Shown: one piece after another, positions 56,820-64,000 of the stretch
How the letters are laid out: the number at the start of each line of letters is the position of its first letter
How positions within the stretch are numbered: position 1 is the stretch's first letter
Origin: Eledone cirrhosa
Lineage: Eukaryota
Assembly (NCBI GenBank): GCA_964016885.1
Contig: OZ024743.1
Span: 354,888,001-354,952,000, forward strand
Reading direction: 5' to 3'
DNA length: 64,000 bases
Notes under the pieces: generated by a model
Seen by the model: only the letters and a program-made list of their open reading frames with translations
Databases searched by the model: none
Told to the model about the DNA's origin: nothing
Translations under genes and position numbers: made by a program

Positions 56820-57600
56820 TTATCACTTCATCTTCACCCACTTATTCTGAAAATGTCGCGGGGTGGTGGGTGCGGTGGGGGTTGGTGGGGGGTGGACAGA
56901 GTCCTCAAGCACGCCTTCCAGCGGGTCATGTCAGAATCAACCGTCTCCAATTGATCCGGCTGGACGCCTAAGCGGGACCAGAGGAGCTCATGGATGTTAT
57001 CCAACCATCTTGCTCGAAGTCTACCCCTGGGTCTCCTGCCGGTTGGTTTTTCTCGTAAAATCTATCCAGCGATTCTTTCTTGGGACATTCTAACAACATA
57101 ATCGTAGTAGCTCACAAGAGTCAGCCAGAGAACACCTTCTTTTAACATCTTGGGTTGAATTTCATCTTCCCCAGAGGTCTTGCCACATTTGAACTCTTTA
57201 ACTGCTCTCGAGACCGCAGCCTCCGTGAGGTTTTCCATCGCTCCCAGATGCACTTCGTGTACATCAGAAGATGTTGATGTAACTAGGTTTAGGATATTGG
57301 TAAGTATCCTCTCCACCTCGCGAGGATACAAATCCCTGAAGGGAGGAGAACCTCTGATGCATTACTAACAGGCACAGCGGAGGTCTGATTATGAAGTCGA
57401 TGGATGGTCTACCAGAATACTTTATTTGCTGTTTAATCCCAAAGTCCCCCCCGTGTCTCACTCAAACGTGGACGTATTTACTGTTTCTGCAGCGAGTTTT
57501 TGCGCCTGCTTATACTGTAAATGCAAGAGGGGGACTTATTTCCAAGCCAAGTTTTGTAAGCCTCCTTCTTTGCTCGGATGGTACAACTTGATTAAATTAA
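56820..57600 (-). mobile_element. RTE-clade (Rex3/Expander-like) LINE remnant with internal deletion
   Basis: AVKEFKCGKTSGEDEIQPKMLKEGVLWLT joined to the C-terminal KPTGRRPRGRLRARWLDNI..W. Confidence 0.78.
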
Positions 57601-58146
57601 CGGGTCCTTCTGCTATCCGGCGCCACGCCAAGTTGTTTTCACTTGCTGCATTTAAGCAACGTTACCATTTAATGTGCCAATCAGAGAGTCCGTATACAGA
57701 TTCATCTAGCTTTCTAGCTAGATTAATTTCTTGCACACACCTTAGAATTTGGTCTATAGAATTCGCTTTCAACGCTTGACCGGCTCCACCCACTCCTTCA
57801 TTGTTCTACAGGCAAGTTCAACCATCGCCATGAAAGATTGAATTGTGTTTACAAGAAACTTTGACCAATCCTTTTGACAACTACAATATTCCCATATAAG
57901 GAATTACCCCTTGAAATGTTCGGCTATTTATTACCACGCTAAAAATCTAATTTAGTCCAGAAATAGCAGTCGAAACTGCTCAAGCTCTGTCGTCGGGGTC
58001 TTGAACATTTTCCTATATGTATTTTCCTATATGTATATAATGAGTTTTTTTCTAATATAAAAAAAACCGAGATGTCCTACACGGGGAAAATATAAGAAAA
58101 AGAAATCGAAAATGCAACTAGAGTCTTTTTAAGAATATTTATTTAT

Positions 58147-58190
58147 TTCCTTTACCGGTTTCACAGCTCTAATGCTTTTCAAAAGTAGAA
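58147..58190 (-). ncRNA. Minimal hammerhead motif with U3-A8 covariant core (copy 1)
   Basis: Minus strand: CTT-TTGAAAA-GCA ttagagc TGT-GAAA-CCGG-TA-AAG; part of a ~125 bp repeat at 58090-58215. Confidence 0.5.
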
Positions 58191-58321
58191 TTGTGATGTA
58201 TGGTTTGTGGTTTGTCTATATATATAAAGATATGCAACATATGCAAGATATGCAACAAGCGATTTTGGCGTGTGTGCTCAGTACGCCTTTACTAACACAC
58301 ACACAAAAACAACATGTATAA

Positions 58322-58406
<85 letters not shown>

Positions 58407-59296
58407 TATATATAGACTTAAATAAAAGTATTACACCTTAAAAGTAGATCACTACTAATACAGGCTAAAAACCATATTACGTAGAGCTCATTTATATAAA
58501 TGATATTAAAGTGCTATTATGTATACATTATTAAAAGTAATCATTGCAAGCAAAAATACATTTTAAAGGAAAAATTATGATCTTACCTACAAACAGTTGC
58601 TTATACCGTACGGTTTTATTTTGCAAAGAAGATTACTAATTAAGGTAATTAACCCAAAATAAAGACGCCAAAATTGTCGATTGTCCCTCTTGCTTCTGCT
58701 GGACACCACCAGATGGCGTTAGCCCCGGTGTTTTGCATAGCTACGGCTTTCTAAATGTTTACCGAAATGTTTACCGAAATCGATGGGATTGACTTGTTTG
58801 TTTGGAAGCAGATTCCAAACAAACCAGTCTTTCCGATCGATTTTTAAGTTTCTCATGGGGTTACTCCCTTGATAATGGGTTATTAAACCCGAAGATATTT
58901 GGGATCGTTAAATTTGCTAAGGTAAGATTCTTTTGTTATCTTGGCGATTTAACATTCTGCATACGCATTATTTTAGTTTTTAAAATATAAATCTGTGTTT
59001 CCTATTCAAGAATGCCTCACGCTAGCTACAAATATATATAAAGAATCAGAAATATCAAAGAGTCGATATGCTGTCAAACTAACACATTTTTTAACCGATA
59101 GAGATTCCGATGATCGAAGTTTAAAGTCATAATGGAACTTTAGATAAAAATTCCGTCTTAAAAGAATTCTAAGATTTCTGGTTTTATAATCTCACATCCT
59201 CCAGATGAATCTCTATCGGTTGAAACATATGTTTATATATATATAAGGAAAAGAAATCGAAATGCAGCTGGAGTCTTTTTAAGAATATTTATTTGT

Positions 59297-59340
59297 TTCC
59301 TTTACCGGTTTCACAGTTGTAATGCTTTTCAAAAGTAGAA
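59297..59340 (-). ncRNA. Minimal hammerhead motif with U3-A8 core (copy 2)
   Basis: Same as 58147-58190; the only differences fall in loop II (ttacaac). Confidence 0.5.
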
Positions 59341-59356
59341 TAGAGATGGAGGGTTT

Positions 59357-59832
59357 GTGGTTTTTCTCGCATCTGGTTGGTGTTCGGATGTTACTTCTGT
59401 GTTATGTGGAAAAAAGTGGCTCGAATGGCTAGGTTTTTTTAACAAATAATTTTGTTGGTTAATGACTGTCATGTGAATAAGTATAATAAATTTCGTCATC
59501 TTTGAGGGTTCTTTATTGTCATTTTCACTTTAAAATGTGAAAATGACAATAAAGAAGCCTCAAACGCGAACTGGCGCGAAAGTTGATGTGCTTATTCACA
59601 TGACTGTCATCAACCAACCAAATTTCCTTAATATATGAAAAAACAATTTGAGCTCCTTTTTTTAAAGGCAAATACAATAAGAACTTTGTAACACGAACTG
59701 GCGCGAAATTTATTATACATATTCACGTGACAGCCATCAACCAACCAAATTACTTTTTAAAAAAACCTAGCAATTCGAGCCACATAAAATAGAATTAACA
59801 TTCGAACACCAGCCAGATGCGCGAAAAACCAC
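59357..59832. repeat. Long imperfect fold-back adjoining the hammerhead-bearing repeat
   Basis: GTGGTTTTTCTCGCATCTGG..CTAGGTTTTTT versus AAAAAACCTAG..CCAGATGCGCGAAAAACCAC; central hairpin CTTTATTGTCATTTTCAC / GTGAAAATGACAATAAAG. Confidence 0.8.
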
Positions 59833-60352
59833 TCTGATTGAAGTGGCGTGCCGGGTTGCGGCGCGAGGGCCGCCTGTTGTACGCCCCTGGTCTGAAGCCT
59901 CTGGTGTTATTGTCATGATGGTAAATCAAAGACATCTGAAATACATTCTTATATGCGCAACTTATCATATCAGAGTTACCTCAGAACGGAGGCAGTTTTG
60001 TTGATGGACTAGCATATCAATGGTATATAGTCATAAGTACAGACTGGTACAATGGTACAGCTGAGATAAATCAGCAATTTGGTAAGCAAGTGTATTTATG
60101 ATGCATCCTCATGCACGAAGACTAATGAATCGTAAGTACGTAACCATGTAGCTAGATTACTATATCAGGTGCATTGACATGTATGTAGAATAGCATATCT
60201 GAGGCACACAATTATGTAGGAAGACTATCTGGTAGATTCTCATGGAAATGTGGTGAAATATACGTGGTCCGTTTATCATTTAGGTGGATTACTGTACCTG
60301 GAGTATATCTTAATGTTGGCAAAATAATGCATCTTCGGTACATTCATTATAT

Positions 60353-60516
60353 AGCTGGCAGTATCAGTAGATAGTCGGACATGCTTTCCAGTATAGTTAC
60401 GTCCTGAGTTCAAATCCAGTCGAGGTTAACTTTGCCTTTCATCCTTACGGGGTAGATAAAATAAAGTACCAGTAATGTACTGGTTTATTGTTGGCCGTGT
60501 GCCAAAAGTAGAAACA
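60353..60516 (+). mobile_element. SINE S1 (the only plus-strand copy)
   Basis: TGGCAGTATCAG, GAGTTCAAATCC, core and GTGCCAAAAGTAGAAACA followed by ATTA. Confidence 0.87.
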
Positions 60517-61013
60517 ATTATATAGGTAGGCTAGAGCAGAGGTCCCCAACCACCGTTCCGTGGATCATTTGCTAATGGGCCGCAAATAAATAATTAATTT
60601 GTTTAAAATTATATAATGAATAAATTGAATATTGGACGTTAATTTAAAAAGATGTACATGTGTGTCAAAAGATTATACACTTTTTCTTTCCTTTAATAAC
60701 TTGCTCTTTTTATTAATGCTCTCTTTATCGAAATACACTTAAATTACACATATGAGGTACATCCTCATGTAGGTAGTCTCATGTAATTATGTTACATGAT
60801 ATTACTACATGAGGTATTCTAAAACATCTATGGCATATCCTTACCCTTTCAAACGGATAAACAAGCTCAACAAAAACAACAACATTGTTACAACAAAAAA
60901 AATGTTGTGAACAAACATTAGAAGCAAAATACTAATCAATGCTGATGTCGTGTCTAACGGAAGGAATACACCTCTATGAGAGAGATAATTATCTACAGCT
61001 TATTGTAGATAAT

Positions 61014-61192
61014 TGTTTCTATTTTAGGCAGAAGGCCAACAATTACCCAGTACATTCTTGGTACTTTATTTTATCGACCCCGTAAGGATGAAAGGCAAAG
61101 TTAACCTCGGACGGACTTGAACTCAGATCGTAAAGGGACGTAACTATGCCGGAAAGCATGTCCGACGCTCTACCGATACTGCCAAATCACCG
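61014..61192 (-). mobile_element. SINE S1 with 13 bp TSD
   Basis: TATTGTAGATAAT at 61001-61013 and 61198-61210. Confidence 0.88.
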
Positions 61193-61608
61193 ATATATAT
61201 TGTAGATAATGTATTGCAGACATGTTATAGAAGGTGACTAAAGGTCTTGCAATATTTAGTTCTCTGACTTGATTTCAACCAGCTGAGTACAGTTTTAAAT
61301 CATTTCTCTCAAATATTTGTCCTTACATGTATAACAAATAAGAGATCAATATTGCGATATTTGATGATTCTGTGGTTTTAGCTGTTCACATATATTTAAA
61401 TGGAGAGGGTGAGATATAGTGGAACTTTAGATAGAAATGATATACGCTTATAATAAAATAAATAATGGGGACGTTTTATATAATGTATTTTTTAAAATAA
61501 ATATAACATCACGCTAAAATCATATTTTGAAAGAAAACACTTTCTATCACTCTCTTTCTGTGAATATATATATATGTATATATATATATATACACATACA
61601 TACATATG

Positions 61609-61640
<32 letters not shown>

Positions 61641-61691
61641 CATATACACATATATATATATATACATATACATATATATACATACATATAT

Positions 61692-61780
<89 letters not shown>

Positions 61781-61794
61781 CAGAGAAAAAGATT

Positions 61795-61900
<106 letters not shown>

Positions 61901-62227
61901 TATATGTGTGTGTTAGAAAGTGTATATAAATATTTAATTTATTTGTAGATAGACACTACGCACATATATTGTAAACGGTTTAGATTTTTGATGTATTTCC
62001 AAGTATTTCTACTTACGTAATAACTTTAGGGACAATGTAAACAGAAATCAATACGTTAGGTAGGTAAATTTATTGTATATATACATTAGTACAGGCCACT
62101 TTACATCTCGTTACTCATAGTTTCATACCCGATGGCTGAAGAAAGTTGAAACCTTAGGTACAGCCTGATACATACACACACACACACACACACACATACA
62201 TACAAATATACATATATGCACACACAC

Positions 62228-62292
<65 letters not shown>

Positions 62293-63275
62293 AATATGCA
62301 TACAAACAAACAAAAATATATATACATACAAACATATATGTTCATACATACATAAATACATACATTCAAACACATACAAATATACAAACATGCATTCATA
62401 CATATATATATATATATATATATATACATACAAACATACATACATGTATACACACATACATACATATATGCATACATACATATATATATATATATGCATA
62501 CAAATATACATACATACAAACATACAAATATACATACACACATATATACATACAAACATACATGTATACATATATACATACACAGATACATACATAAATA
62601 CATACAACCATACATAGATAAACACATAAAAATAAACTCAAAATTAAGAGAGAGGACATACATAACTACATAGATATATACATATATAAGCATGTATATA
62701 TATGTGGAATGTATTATAACACTAAAAATATACATAAATTCTATTGTGTTTTGTTATCATTATGGCCTCTGCAGTTATCTGTAGCTGCTTACGTGAATAA
62801 TATATAGAAGTATTGTGACATTTCGTTGTTAAATCTCCGACGACGTTTTCTCCTTTCACATATATTTCCCGTTCTAGTCTTTCTAATAATTCTTTGACAA
62901 CAATAATTCTATTCATCTTTAAGTCAATATTGTCTAATTGGGTGATATTTCTAAAGGTTCTTCACTATGATTAATTGCCTTTAATCAGACACTATATGTC
63001 ACTTCAAATAAAAGGATTGTTATGGTGTCCATAGTAGCTCTGATATGAAACTATTTTAGTATTATTATAGTGATATGGTTAGGGCCATTATATAAAATCC
63101 TCAGCTCTATATTAAAATGTGTGTTAATATTAAAATTAAGCAATAAAAGCTTCGTAAATGGTCCATAAATAAATATTATATACTCGCAGGTGTTTACATG
63201 ATAATGTTAATAATTAAAATAGGTACAATCATTTTAGTTCATCATGTATATTCTTTGAATGCAATATATGTACGT

Positions 63276-63322
<47 letters not shown>

Positions 63323-63769
63323 TAGTAAGGTTTTTGATATGAAATCGTGTGCTGAAACAAATATTGTTATATTTGGGGAAGGTCCTATTGTTATAATATA
63401 GCCAGAAATAATAAATAATAATAAAACACACTCACTGATTGGTTGTATTGGTTTTCGTCTCTATCTTTTATATCTCCATAGTTAGATATAAAATTAACCA
63501 TGGAGATATAAAAGATACAGAAGTGAAAACCAATCCAAACCAAACAGTGAGTGTTTCATTGTTAGTTCTGGCAATATTATAACATTATGATACTCCCCAA
63601 ATTTAACAATATATATATATATATATATATCCAAAACTAAATTAAGGGTGTCATATCCGAGAGACATGCGCCATATCCACTGTAGAATATGCTCAAAGAT
63701 TCCAATGAATAGATCCAAGCATATTATATCAACTAGGAATTGATTGACATATATATATATATATCTAAA

Positions 63770-64000
63770 ATAAACATATGAAACAATCCCAGAGGATAAT
63801 TTGTAAAAGTGTGTAATCACACACAGCTAGGTAGGTAACTAATTAAAGTTTAACTAGAACTTTAAATATAGATACCTTTTAAAATGATTAAAAGGTATCT
63901 ATATTTAAAGTTCTAGTTAAACTTTAATTAGTTACCTACCTAGCTGTGTGTGATTACACACTTTTACAAATTATCCTCTGGGATTGTTTCATATGTTTAT
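63770..64000. repeat. Perfect fold-back, arms at least 113 bp, 5 nt loop, runs off the window
   Basis: 63770-63882 is the reverse complement of 63888-64000. Confidence 0.95.

Noticed and set aside
59860-60590. Charlie-like termini at ~59889 and ~60538
   Set aside because: They face outward with no matching TSD; unpaired fragments at best.

Overview
AT-rich, microsatellite-dense animal genomic DNA. The SINE family resembles ones I recall from cephalopods (Octopus-like), but the species cannot be established from sequence alone. No host protein-coding gene can be supported. About 60% of the window is a nested set of retroelements sitting in (AAT)n/(TTA)n microsatellites: (i) three intact, near-identical ~6.03 kb Tx1-like (L1 clade, APE-RT) LINEs on the minus strand, plus a decayed sister copy with a different 5'UTR/ORF1, a 5'-truncated copy and a third family; (ii) two families of RLE-type R4/Dong-like LINEs, always on the plus strand, several of them chimeric or nested; (iii) a tRNA-derived SINE whose 3' end mirrors the Tx1 3' end. 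In the Tx1 elements, the ORF1-ORF2 spacer is complementary to the start of the 3'UTR and also reads as a possible 52-53 nt intron that would fuse ORF1 to ORF2 in frame. The middle and right parts contain a GIY-YIG Penelope-like (Naiad-type) ORF remnant missed by the ORF track, at least five different minimal hammerhead-ribozyme motifs (several with non-canonical cores, some inside fold-back repeats), RTE fragments and a hAT MITE. All alignments were done by eye and no searches were run.
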